A DNA stretch of 64,000 nt, taken from NCBI GenBank assembly GCA_011171075.1, contig DUFD01000008.1:10148-74147 (forward strand). The letters are read 5' to 3'. Made by a program: the position numbers and the translations under genes. The DNA comes from Dehalococcoidia bacterium (lineage in GTDB: Bacteria > Chloroflexota > Dehalococcoidia > Dehalococcoidales > Fen-1064). The notes under the pieces are model-generated. The model saw nothing but the letters and a program-made list of their open reading frames with translations. It did no database searches and was not told the origin of the DNA. Shown here one piece after another: positions 28,819 to 37,685 of the stretch. Within the stretch, counting starts at the first letter, position 1; the number at the start of each line of letters is the position of its first letter.

Positions 28819-31218
28819 CTACCTCTCCACCTCTACCCATAGCCTCTCGCCGTCGGTGACGAACTCTATGGTGCCCTGCTCGTCGGTGCGGTAAATGTTG
28901 TCCCCGCCGATTCGCTCTTCCAGCCTTGCCAGGACTTCCTCATCGGGGTGCCCGAAGGTGTTATCGGCCCCTACCGATATTACTGCAATGGTCGGGTCGA
29001 CGGTGGCCAGGAATCCCGCACCGGTGGATGTATTGGAGCCGTGGTGGCCTACCTTGAGCACGGTGCTGGATAGATTGGCCCGGTGTTTTATCAGTTCGGC
29101 CTCCACCTCCTGCGATACATCGGCGGTGAGCAGGAAGCTCACCTGCCCGTAGCATACCCGCAGTACCACCCCGATATCGTCGCCGTCAGACTCAATGCTA
29201 TCCGGTAGAGGGTCCTCGGGGTGTAGTACTTCGATGGTCACACCCCCGGTGCCCGTGTCGATTTGCTGCCCGGCCTGCGCGAAGGTGCATTCGATACCCT
29301 GCTCCTCGATGGTACGGAGCCACTCGTCGTAGAGGGGCGACTGATATTCTACGTGTGTAAAGAGCACGTGCTTCACGCGGTAGCGCTGCAGGACATCGAT
29401 AAGCCCGGTGATGTGGTCAGCGTGGGGGTGGGTCAGCACCACCAGGTCAATCGTCCTGTCCCAGAAGGGCATTTGTCGGCCCAGTACCAGGTTCAGTTCA
29501 TGGGGGCTCGGCCCGCCGTCTACCAGTATGTCCTGGTGACCGGGCGTCTGGATGAGGATAGCGTCGCCCTGGCCGACATCGAGGAAGCTGACGTGCAGGT
29601 TTTCGTCGGGCATGGAGATGGCGAAGGTGGTTGATAGTACTGCCACTACAAGTAAGGGTGGTAATAGCCATTTCTTCGGCAGCCGTTCAACGAAGTTGAT
29701 GGCCGGGGCACCCACGGCGGACAGCTTCGGTCGACGGCGATAGACCCAGATGACGCCTGCAGTCACTACGTAGCAAGCCCATACCAGGCGGGCGTCGACG
29801 GTACCGACATCAATCGACGACAGTGGAAAAGCGGCCATACCGCTGACCACCGCCAGCATGTATGAGGCAAACAGCCAGGCAAGCCAGCCGACCACCTGGG
29901 CGATAGGCAGCGCGATAATCCCCAGTCCGGCGGCCAGTGCTCCCGTGACGATAATACCGGGTAGTGCCGGTAACGCCAGGAAGGTCGCCAGGGGAGCGAC
30001 CAGTGAAACGATGCCGAAGTAGTAGGCAATCAGCGGCCAGACGATTACTATTATGCCCAGGGTAACACAGAAAGTATCGCTGATATAGCCTGCAACACTG
30101 GCGGCAATGCCGCTTTCGCCCAGCGTGGCACCGATTGTCCTCCTGCCCTGCGCTTGCAGCCACGGCGCAACGAATATCAGGCCGACCATTGCCAGGAAGC
30201 TCAACTGGAAGGAGGCGTCCCACAATATTTGAGGGCTGATGCCGACCATTACCGCTCCCGCGAAGGTGAGTGCCGTGATGGCGCTCCGCTGCCTGCCGAG
30301 CAGTTCCGCTGCCAGAAACAGGCTTGCCATGATTGCCGCCCGCACGACCGGCGGGTTCATGCCCGTAATCACCGCATAGGACCAGATGGCCACCAGCGCC
30401 AGCCAGATATAGATGTGGTATCTACGACCGAAAAGACGGCTGCCGATAGCGAGCAGGATACCGGTGACGATGCTCAAGTGGAGTCCGGAGATGGCCAGCA
30501 GGTGAGTGGTACCGCTACGCGCGAAGTCGGTCCTGAGTGATTCCGGGATATTACTGCGCATACCGAGAACTACCCCTTGTACCAGCGAGGCCTGTGGTTC
30601 CGGCAGGACCTCGGCGATAGTATCGGCAAGGCGGTGTCTCAGCGAGTAGACCCACCCGAGGAAGGGGTTCCCCTGTCCTGTGTCCACGACTTCTATTCTG
30701 GGGTAAAGTACCGTTGAGTAAATCCCCTGGCGTGCCAGATAGTCGGCATAATCGAAGTCCTCAAACTGCGGCGGCTCTTCCAGCTCGCCGGTTACGAGGA
30801 GGACGTCGCCGTAGCTGTAAGTTGGGTACGGGCGGACATAAAGCAGGGCGCTTCCGGTTACCTCGTGCCACTCTCCATTTGCCTTCACCTCCCGGGCGGA
30901 GAAGCGCAGGTGAGTGGTCTTATCACCAGTCTCGGGGTCGTCGTCTATCACTCCCTTGATTTCCGTAACTCCCTGCCCGTTGTAGTACTGGAGGGAACCG
31001 GCATCAGCTGCTGTCAGTTCGGGCTGGAAGCGGAGGATGCCACCGCAGATAAGGAGAGAGCTAAGGGCTATCAGAATGGCGGATTTCCGGTGTCGGCGGA
31101 GGACGAAGGGTAGCGGCAGAGTGACAAGACAGATGAGGAGTACTGGTAAAGGGAGATTGTATATTAAGCCCAGGTAGATGCCGATTATCCAGGCACAGCT
31201 GAGATAAATTAGCGGCAC
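28819..31218 (-). CDS. comEC: DNA internalisation-related competence protein ComEC/Rec2
   Basis: 799 aa. Polytopic competence domain plus a C-terminal MBL domain (VLTHPHADHITG). GTG start with a GAGGTGA SD. Confidence 0.9.
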   Translation of the reverse strand: MPLIYLSCAWIIGIYLGLIYNLPLPVLLICLVTLPLPFVLRRHRKSAILIALSSLLICGGILRFQPELTAADAGSLQYYNGQGVTEIKGVIDDDPETGDKTTHLRFSAREVKANGEWHEVTGSALLYVRPYPTYSYGDVLLVTGELEEPPQFEDFDYADYLARQGIYSTVLYPRIEVVDTGQGNPFLGWVYSLRHRLADTIAEVLPEPQASLVQGVVLGMRSNIPESLRTDFARSGTTHLLAISGLHLSIVTGILLAIGSRLFGRRYHIYIWLALVAIWSYAVITGMNPPVVRAAIMASLFLAAELLGRQRSAITALTFAGAVMVGISPQILWDASFQLSFLAMVGLIFVAPWLQAQGRRTIGATLGESGIAASVAGYISDTFCVTLGIIVIVWPLIAYYFGIVSLVAPLATFLALPALPGIIVTGALAAGLGIIALPIAQVVGWLAWLFASYMLAVVSGMAAFPLSSIDVGTVDARLVWACYVVTAGVIWVYRRRPKLSAVGAPAINFVERLPKKWLLPPLLVVAVLSTTFAISMPDENLHVSFLDVGQGDAILIQTPGHQDILVDGGPSPHELNLVLGRQMPFWDRTIDLVVLTHPHADHITGLIDVLQRYRVKHVLFTHVEYQSPLYDEWLRTIEEQGIECTFAQAGQQIDTGTGGVTIEVLHPEDPLPDSIESDGDDIGVVLRVCYGQVSFLLTADVSQEVEAELIKHRANLSSTVLKVGHHGSNTSTGAGFLATVDPTIAVISVGADNTFGHPDEEVLARLEERIGGDNIYRTDEQGTIEFVTDGERLWVEVER

Positions 31219-31233
31219 TATTGCTCACCTCGG

Positions 31234-31746
31234 CTACTGTTCGGAGACTGTAATCAGGGACTCGATTTGCTCGTAGATAGCGGTACCGATACCATCTACC
31301 CTGGTTATCTCGCCGATGCTGCGGAAGGGACCGTTCTCCTGGCGGTAGTCGACGATTGCCTGAGCCCTTGTCGGGCCGATACCTGGCAGGGCGTCGAGCA
31401 GCCACGCCTCGGCCCGGTTGATATCAATCTTCTGAGGACCAATCTCACCTCCAGCTTCCGGGATATATAGCTCAAGGACGGTGAGGTCGGCGTTGCCGGT
31501 GACGCCACCGGCGGCGCGGATGAGGGCTTCGATGGAATCGCTATCGGTAAATGGATAGTATCCAGGATTGATAACAGCACCGCCAATTAATACATCGCCG
31601 TCAATGTCACTATCCTGGGGGAGATTAATCTCCAGGGGCATGGCTGGCTGGCATCTCGCCCAGATAACCAGACTGCTGCCGATGATGATAACCAGCAGCA
31701 GGAGAGTCGCCAGTACCCATAACCGGTCGAGTCTACTTGCTGTGAT
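31234..31746 (-). CDS. comEA: Competence protein ComEA (TM anchor, SLBB-like domain, helix-hairpin-helix DNA-binding domain); start codon uncertain
   Basis: C-terminus ...LPGIGPTRAQAIVDYRQENGPFRSIGEITRVDGIGTAIYEQI (HhH). The first ATG is at 31641. The frame stays open for 35 more codons encoding the TM helix LWVLATLLLLVIIIGSSLVIW, back to an ATC at 31746 placed 7 nt after AGGAGG. Confidence 0.8.
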   Translation of the reverse strand: MTASRLDRLWVLATLLLLVIIIGSSLVIWARCQPAMPLEINLPQDSDIDGDVLIGGAVINPGYYPFTDSDSIEALIRAAGGVTGNADLTVLELYIPEAGGEIGPQKIDINRAEAWLLDALPGIGPTRAQAIVDYRQENGPFRSIGEITRVDGIGTAIYEQIESLITVSEQ

Positions 31747-31766
31747 TTAGAGACCTCCTGCTCTTT

Positions 31767-31792
31767 GCAGCCTGTTCGGGAGGACAGGCTGC
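31767..31792 (-). terminator. Strong hairpin between the trk operon end and the comEA start (possible terminator or processing site, no U-tract)
   Basis: GCAGCCTGT-(8 nt)-ACAGGCTGC, a 9-bp perfect stem, 34 nt downstream of the stop of gene 31826..32488. Confidence 0.3.
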
Positions 31793-31825
31793 AATCTGCT
31801 TCAAGACAGGAAGGCGCTGCTTCTA

Positions 31826-32488
31826 TTATTGGCCGCTGAGAGCGGCTCGTAATGCTTCTTCGGACTCGTGGGAGGTAACCGCAATAATCTGGTCTTCCGC
31901 TTCGAGGATGGTAGCACCGGAGGGGACTATCGGTTTGCGTGCTTTGCGGATAACAAGGGACAGTACGCTTCCTTCTGGTAATGACAGCTCCCTTATGGGC
32001 TTTCCTATCGTCGGTGCGTCAGGGGGGATTTTCACCTCGACGATTCCCAGTCCCTTGTCTCTGATATCACGCAGGTGTGTCAGGGTATGGGTGGGTACCT
32101 CTTCTTCGATGCTCTCGAGGATGAGATTGGTGGTATTCACTATGACATCGATACCCAGTGTCTTAAAGATGTTCTCATTCTTTGGATTCCTGATGCGGGC
32201 GACAGTGCGCGGTACATTGAACATGTGCTTGGCTACCTGGCAGGCCACCAGATTATCCTCATCATCGCCGGTAACGGCGATGAGCATATCAGCCCGGTTG
32301 GTGCCTACTGAAGCCAGGGTAGTCGCTTCGCAGCCATCGCCGCGCACGCAGATGCTGCCCAGTTCATCGGATACGATTGAAGCGATAGCCGCCGCCTTCT
32401 CCAGTATCAGGACTTCGTGGCCTTCATCAAGTAGTGCCTTGGCCAGGTAATAGCCGACTCTACCGCCACCAACGACAATGACATACAT
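31826..32488 (-). CDS. Trk/Ktr system RCK protein (TrkA-N plus TrkA-C, KtrA-like)
   Basis: 220 aa. MYVIVVGGGRVGYYLA (GxGxxG Rossmann motif) and a C-terminal TrkA-C domain. Confidence 0.85.
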   Translation of the reverse strand: MYVIVVGGGRVGYYLAKALLDEGHEVLILEKAAAIASIVSDELGSICVRGDGCEATTLASVGTNRADMLIAVTGDDEDNLVACQVAKHMFNVPRTVARIRNPKNENIFKTLGIDVIVNTTNLILESIEEEVPTHTLTHLRDIRDKGLGIVEVKIPPDAPTIGKPIRELSLPEGSVLSLVIRKARKPIVPSGATILEAEDQIIAVTSHESEEALRAALSGQ

Positions 32489-32490
32489 AA

Positions 32491-32898
32491 CTAATCTCCC
32501 TGAGATTCCAGTTTTTCTCTGAGTATCTGGGCAAAGATTGTCGTTGGGCTGATGGTCTCTATGCCCAGTTCTGCGTACATATCACGGCGTAGAGGGTCGT
32601 AAATGCGACAAACAGCCCTGGGGACATTGAAGATGTGTTTGGCTATCTGGCTGGCCATGACATTTCGGTTGTCCCCCTGGGTCAGAGCAATAAAGGCATC
32701 AGCCTCCTCGATGCCCGCGCTCCTGAGCACGTCCTCGTCAATGCCGTTGCCTATCAGGGCTGTTCCCTTGAAATCCGGGGCCAGACGCCGGAAGCTATAC
32801 GAATCGTTGTCTATAATAGTGACGCTGTGTCCGTCCTGCTCAAGTAGTGACGCCAGCCGTGCGCCGACCCGTCCGCAACCCATGATTACCACTTTCAT
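32491..32898 (-). CDS. TrkA-N (RCK N-lobe only) NAD-binding protein
   Basis: 135 aa. MKVVIMGCGRVGARLA, with no TrkA-C domain. Its stop lies 2 nt before the start of the next gene. Confidence 0.8.
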   Translation of the reverse strand: MKVVIMGCGRVGARLASLLEQDGHSVTIIDNDSYSFRRLAPDFKGTALIGNGIDEDVLRSAGIEEADAFIALTQGDNRNVMASQIAKHIFNVPRAVCRIYDPLRRDMYAELGIETISPTTIFAQILREKLESQGD

Positions 32899-32910
32899 TA
32901 TGATACCTCT

Positions 32911-33336
32911 TCAGGGGGTGTACTGTTGGTATAGAATAACGCGACAGGGTGCGTGCTTGAGTACATGGGGTATAATGTCGCCCAGGCTGAACTGACCGAA
33001 ACGCCTCTGGTAGGTAGTGCCTATCACGATGAGGTCGGTCTCTCGCTGGATGGCCTCGTCAACGATGGTTGGGGCGGCATCGCGTGCCTGCAGCAGGTCG
33101 GTTTCAAGCGAGCAATTCTCACCGGCGGCGACATTCTCCATGTGGTCCAGTATCCTTTCCGCCTTATCGACTTCAGACTCGAGCTCGGTATCCAGGGGGA
33201 GGGTGCGGTCTATCGGGATGACATAGACGGCCATAATCTTGGCCTTGTCCTTCTTGGCTAACCGACAGGCCAGTGTGATTGCTTCTTCGTCAACTTCGGT
33301 GCCACTTACAGGCACCAAGATGTTACGGAATTCCAA
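32911..33336 (-). CDS. Universal stress protein (UspA family)
   Basis: 141 aa. ...ILVPVSGTE..., and the C-terminal ATP-binding-type motif ...LIVIGTTYQRRFGQFSLGDIIPHVLKHAPCRVIL. Confidence 0.85.
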   Translation of the reverse strand: MEFRNILVPVSGTEVDEEAITLACRLAKKDKAKIMAVYVIPIDRTLPLDTELESEVDKAERILDHMENVAAGENCSLETDLLQARDAAPTIVDEAIQRETDLIVIGTTYQRRFGQFSLGDIIPHVLKHAPCRVILYQQYTP

Positions 33337-33429
33337 GGCTCTTGTTCCTGTTAATCAATTGAATAAAAAGTATTATAATCCTGTCAACAAGAAACTACAA
33401 CAGCCTAATTGTCTAATTTCTTCCCTGGA

Positions 33430-34896
33430 TTACCGCCATTTCCAGAAGGATGGGGCGAAGAGCATCAGGAAAGTGAAAAGTTCGAGGCGGCCAACCAGCA
33501 TGCATGCCATGAGGACGCCCTTACCGATGGGGGGAATAAACTCGTAGTTGGCGGCCGGCCCTACCAGGTTCAGGCCGGGACCTACATTACCTATGCTGGA
33601 GAGGACGGAGGAGAGGGATGTAGTCAGGTCCCACCCCTCAATGTTGGTTCCGATGATGCTCATTAACATGAAGGCGCCGAAAATGGTGAGGAAGTAGAGT
33701 ACAACCATGCCGACAACCCGGGAGATAATCTGGTCGGGTAATATCACCTTTCCAAGTCTCAGGGGGATGACCGCACGTGGGTTGAAGGCACGCAGGATTT
33801 GGTTGTAGGTATATTTGACAAGCACTATCAACCGGACGACCTTTAATGCCCCACCGGTCGAACCTGCCGAGGCACCGACCATCATCAGAACGAGTAGAGC
33901 GGATTTGGAGAACATGGGCCAGGTGTTGAAATCGGTAGTCGCGAAGCCGGTAGTTGTCATTATAGATACTGACTGGAAGCTGCTCTGCCTGAAGGCATCG
34001 CCGGCGGACAGGTCCAGGTTTATAATCAGGTCAATCGCAATAAGCACCGAAGCTATTACGAGAAGACTGAGATATACTCTCAATTCAGGGTTTCGGAAAA
34101 GCTGGCCCGACTGGCGTTTCCACAGCAGGAAATAGAACAACCCGAAGTTTACCCCCGCCGTTATCATGAAGAAAATGACGATACCCTCAACTAATGGACT
34201 GTTGAAGGCGGCGATGCTCAGATTGGTGCCGGTAAAGCCGCCGGTAGGCATGGTGCTGAAGGTGACCGTCAGCGCGTGAAATGGCGACAGGCCAGCAATG
34301 AGGAGTGCCACGAACTCCAGACCTGAAAAAACCGCATACAGCAGCCATACCGCCTTGGCGGTATCGCGGATGCGGGGTGTTAACCGTCCCGCTTCCGGTC
34401 CTGGCATCTCTGCCTCGACCAGGTGGGCCGCGCCAATACCCAGTATCGGAAACAGGGCGACAAATAGGGTGATGATGCCCATTCCCCCCAGCCACTGGGT
34501 GAGCGAGCGCCACAGGAGAATGCTCTGTGACTGGTCCTCGATGGCGGTCAGCACCGTTGCCCCGGTGGTCGTAAAGCCGGATACCGCCTCGAAGAGGGCG
34601 TCTACGTAAGAAGAGAAGGTCCCGTCCAGCACGAAAGGTAGAGCGCCGAAGAGCGAGGCCAGGAGCCAGCCACCGGCTACGAGAAGGATGGCTTCGCGAC
34701 GGTTCAACCTGCCTTCACCGACCGGTGTCAGGCGCCAGGTCAGCAGGCCAGTCGCGGCAGTAATAGCTACAGAAATAGCGAACGCTACCGAGCTTGGTTC
34801 TTGGGCAACAAGGCTCCAGATGAGGGGGAAAAGCATGAAGCAACTGAGGATAACTAAAAGCAGGCCGAGGTAATGGCAGACAACCGTTATTCTCAT
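33430..34896 (-). CDS. trkH: TrkH/KtrB family potassium transporter
   Basis: 488 aa polytopic protein. Repeated M1-P-M2 units with TTTG/TGGF-type selectivity motifs (GFTTTGATV, MPTGGFTG, MTTTGFAT, SIGNVGPGL). Confidence 0.9.
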   Translation of the reverse strand: MRITVVCHYLGLLLVILSCFMLFPLIWSLVAQEPSSVAFAISVAITAATGLLTWRLTPVGEGRLNRREAILLVAGGWLLASLFGALPFVLDGTFSSYVDALFEAVSGFTTTGATVLTAIEDQSQSILLWRSLTQWLGGMGIITLFVALFPILGIGAAHLVEAEMPGPEAGRLTPRIRDTAKAVWLLYAVFSGLEFVALLIAGLSPFHALTVTFSTMPTGGFTGTNLSIAAFNSPLVEGIVIFFMITAGVNFGLFYFLLWKRQSGQLFRNPELRVYLSLLVIASVLIAIDLIINLDLSAGDAFRQSSFQSVSIMTTTGFATTDFNTWPMFSKSALLVLMMVGASAGSTGGALKVVRLIVLVKYTYNQILRAFNPRAVIPLRLGKVILPDQIISRVVGMVVLYFLTIFGAFMLMSIIGTNIEGWDLTTSLSSVLSSIGNVGPGLNLVGPAANYEFIPPIGKGVLMACMLVGRLELFTFLMLFAPSFWKWR

Positions 34897-34904
34897 CTAA
34901 TCGT

Positions 34905-36269
34905 TCACTTAAAAAGCCGCTCTACAGCGGAGGTGGCTGAGATAGGTGAGATAATGATAATATGGTCGCCGGGATGAACCACGGTGTCACCCGGAGGAAT
35001 GATGACCCTGTCGTCACGGGCTATTGCGCCGACGACAACTTCTTTTGGCAGGCCGCTATCGGCAATACTGCGCTGTACGATATTAGCCGTGGCGCTTGTA
35101 ACGAATTCAATCGCCTGAAGGTCTTTACCCCCGATGAAGGGTGCCGAAATAGCCCCGCCGTGGAGAACGAAGTGGGTGATTCTGCTGGCGACCTGTAACA
35201 AAGGAGACACAGCAACATCAACACCAATCGCCTCAGCTAGCGGGATAAATCCCGGCTTGCTGGCGGTAACGATGGTCCGAGGCACTCCCAGGTGCCTGGC
35301 TAAAAGACTGCACAGGATATTCAACTCGTCGTTTTCCGTGGTGGCTACAAAGGCGTCGGCGGACGGTACTCCCTGCTCAATAAGGAAGTCGGGGTCGGTG
35401 GCGTCACCCTGAAGTACTGTTGCCCGTTCTAGCCGGGCAGCGATATCCTGGCACCGGGTGGGATTATTATCGATAACCTTGATGGACAGGCCGTGTTTTT
35501 CCAGTCCTTCGGCAACGAGGGTACCGACGTGCCCGGCACCGAAGACGGCAACGCTTCTTACCGGGTGCTGAGGTGGGGCAAACATCTCTCCAAAGTCGTC
35601 CATATAATCACGCTCTGCTATCAGGTAAACATGGTCGCCGTTTCTGATTACCTCGTCAGCATCGGGCACAAACGTTTTCCCGGCACGAGAAATAGCGGCA
35701 ACGACACACGGTTGCGGAAATGAGATATCACTCAGTAGTTTATCCGCCAGTTCTTCCTGGTCTACCCGGAACTCCCTTATCTGTACACGGCCATCGGCAA
35801 AGCTTTCCATTGGCGTGGGGTAGAGGCTGGAGAGAATCCCCATAATTTCGTCAGCTATCTCTACTTCAGGGTTGATTATCAGGTTTATGCCCAGAGTTTT
35901 CGGCCTGATGACCTTGCGTGGCGCTGATGGCGACTTGGCGGCGGTGATGAAGTACCCCGAGTAATCGGGATTACGGACCCTGGCGACCGTCATCACTGCC
36001 CCTAGCTCTTTGGCAAGGAAACATATCAGCATGTTGGTTTCATCGTTGCTGGTGACAGCGACGACGAGGTTGGCGCGGTTAACCTCGGCCTCACGGAGGA
36101 CTCTGGGGGTGGCGGCGTTGCCGACTATCGTTTTGACGTCCATCTGGCGGCGGATACTCTCCACCACCTCTTCGGAGGATTCAACTACGGTGACTTCATG
36201 TTTTGCTTCCGCCAGCAGGGAGGCGATGTGAAATCCGACAATTCCCGAGCCAGCGACGATGATATACAT
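34905..36269 (-). CDS. trkA: Trk system potassium uptake protein TrkA (tandem RCK)
   Basis: 454 aa. Two TrkA-N/TrkA-C repeats (MYIIVAGSGIVGFHIA and VAVFGAGHVGTLVA). Confidence 0.9.
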   Translation of the reverse strand: MYIIVAGSGIVGFHIASLLAEAKHEVTVVESSEEVVESIRRQMDVKTIVGNAATPRVLREAEVNRANLVVAVTSNDETNMLICFLAKELGAVMTVARVRNPDYSGYFITAAKSPSAPRKVIRPKTLGINLIINPEVEIADEIMGILSSLYPTPMESFADGRVQIREFRVDQEELADKLLSDISFPQPCVVAAISRAGKTFVPDADEVIRNGDHVYLIAERDYMDDFGEMFAPPQHPVRSVAVFGAGHVGTLVAEGLEKHGLSIKVIDNNPTRCQDIAARLERATVLQGDATDPDFLIEQGVPSADAFVATTENDELNILCSLLARHLGVPRTIVTASKPGFIPLAEAIGVDVAVSPLLQVASRITHFVLHGGAISAPFIGGKDLQAIEFVTSATANIVQRSIADSGLPKEVVVGAIARDDRVIIPPGDTVVHPGDHIIIISPISATSAVERLFK

Positions 36270-36284
36270 CTACCTCATTTCCAG

Positions 36285-36437
36285 CTATTCACCGGAACCG
36301 CCTTTGAATAGCCTTATAAAACTTCGAGTAAGACTGCGTATTAGCCTTCGTGACCTTTTGCGTCTCCGCAAAATACGGTCACCCTGCCGACTGGTTGGCA
36401 CCTGCTCGAAGGTATCCTTCTTTGTCTTTTCTGGCAT
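36285..36437 (-). CDS. Candidate 50-aa arginine-rich upstream ORF in the trkA leader (speculative)
   Basis: Hand translation: MPEKTKKDTFEQVPTSRQGDRILRRRKRSRRLIRSLTRSFIRLFKGGSGE. It ends 15 nt before the trkA ATG. The SD is weak, and a 71-aa ORF overlaps it on the opposite strand. Confidence 0.2.
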   Translation of the reverse strand: MPEKTKKDTFEQVPTSRQGDRILRRRKRSRRLIRSLTRSFIRLFKGGSGE

Positions 36438-36600
36438 ATTATACATCTTTCCAAAGCCGTCACCTTTTGGCTAATTAGCTAACTAAGTTCGACTTTTTAG
36501 ATGTTTTCCCTTTATCCAAAATAATGGCATAGCTTTCGGGACAGGTCAAGTAATAATGTCACAGATTAATACTTCGCTATATTCTTCATCTGGACAGGCG

Positions 36601-36629
36601 ATTTTACTATTATGTGCGTCATATGTCAA
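36601..36629 (-). promoter_or_regulatory. Sigma-70-like promoter for the trk operon (TTGACA-17 nt-TAAAAT)
   Basis: The minus strand reads TTGACA tatgacgcacataatag TAAAAT. This implies a leader of roughly 320 nt before trkA. Confidence 0.4.
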
Positions 36630-36670
36630 AGGAGCGGAGTATCTTCGGTGATGGTAGAGAGGTCATGATA

Positions 36671-36698
36671 ACGGCTGCCAGTTGAATCTGGCAGCCGT
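36671..36698 (-). terminator. Hairpin downstream of gene 36726..37598 (probable terminator, weak U-tract)
   Basis: ACGGCTGCCAG-(6 nt)-CTGGCAGCCGT, an 11-bp perfect stem, 28 nt after the stop. On the minus strand it is followed by TTATCAT. Confidence 0.4.
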
Positions 36699-36725
36699 TG
36701 TAAAGTATCCACTGCAAAGCGGGCT

Positions 36726-37598
36726 TCAGTCTTTCTGGTAGAGCGGTGAGGAGGCCTTCATCAGGCGGTTCATGTGTCGCATGTCGGCGACCAGCTTGCC
36801 GCTATCCTTCTCGTACAGCTCTGAATCCATCCAGATGAACTCTGTCTTGGGGCTGGCGCCAACGCATACAATACGCCCGGTTTTTCGGTAAGGTGTGTCC
36901 GCCTTTATCGGTCCGTTAACGTTGCGTAGCTCGGTCGCTCCGAAGAAGCCCACGGACGTTCCAACACGGTTACCGCGGACATCCACCATCAGGGCACCGT
37001 ACATCGAACTGGGATTCAGTATGGAAGATCCCCAGGGAGAGCTTCCCTTGTACCAGTCGATGGGGTCGGTAATTGTTTCAAGGGCCCTATTAAGCTGCTC
37101 CTGAGTGAAGACCATGTTTTCCTGTGGCGGAAGCTCTGTTCCTGGTTTCATGTTAGCAAGAATGCGGAGCTCTTCCGGTGGTGAACTCTCCAGCGGGATT
37201 TTACGGATGTACGAGACCTCCTCCGGTTCACCGATGTCCACCGTTCCCTTGGCCACGGTTTGACCTTGAGGCGTCTCCACACTGGCCCTTAGTTGCACGT
37301 TCTCTGCCCCTTCAGGAGGTAGCTCAAGCACCGCCCGTACTTCCTCACGGTCGAGGGTGGCATAGGTGTAGTAGATGCTCATCGAACCCTTCTCGAACCA
37401 TCGCTGCCCGAAGAGCTTGATAAGTAGCGGGGGAAAGAGGTTGAGATGGATGGTACCGGGTATTGTGCCGCCGCGCATACCGATTTTCTGTGCTACATCG
37501 TCGGTGTGGATGGAACCGGGTGCTCCCTGCCAGATATTAACGGGTGCCCGCCATCCCCCGTACATGTAGCCATCCTTGATGGTGATATCGTCAGACAT
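36726..37598 (-). CDS. Hypothetical protein, probably a MaoC-like (hot-dog fold) dehydratase family member
   Basis: 290 aa. GSIHTDDVAQKIGMRGGTIPGT resembles the MaoC hydratase motif (P-I-H-x-D-x-x-x-A-x-x-x-G-x-x-x-x-I-x-x-G). The length fits a double hot-dog. Confidence 0.45.
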   Translation of the reverse strand: MSDDITIKDGYMYGGWRAPVNIWQGAPGSIHTDDVAQKIGMRGGTIPGTIHLNLFPPLLIKLFGQRWFEKGSMSIYYTYATLDREEVRAVLELPPEGAENVQLRASVETPQGQTVAKGTVDIGEPEEVSYIRKIPLESSPPEELRILANMKPGTELPPQENMVFTQEQLNRALETITDPIDWYKGSSPWGSSILNPSSMYGALMVDVRGNRVGTSVGFFGATELRNVNGPIKADTPYRKTGRIVCVGASPKTEFIWMDSELYEKDSGKLVADMRHMNRLMKASSPLYQKD

Positions 37599-37685
37599 AA
37601 TTACCCCCTTCTTTTTCGTAACAGACTTAATTCTTAATTTTACCTGTTTCTATGATGGTAAAGCTTTAGCGTTAACCTGTCAATT

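Noticed and set aside
36270-36725. c-di-AMP (ydaO-type) riboswitch upstream of the trk operon
   Set aside because: This is the expected location, but I could not find the conserved blocks I remember from the B. subtilis ydaO element (GGGGACCCA, GGGGUGAAUC, CCGUCAGCUAACC). A covariance-model scan is needed to be certain.
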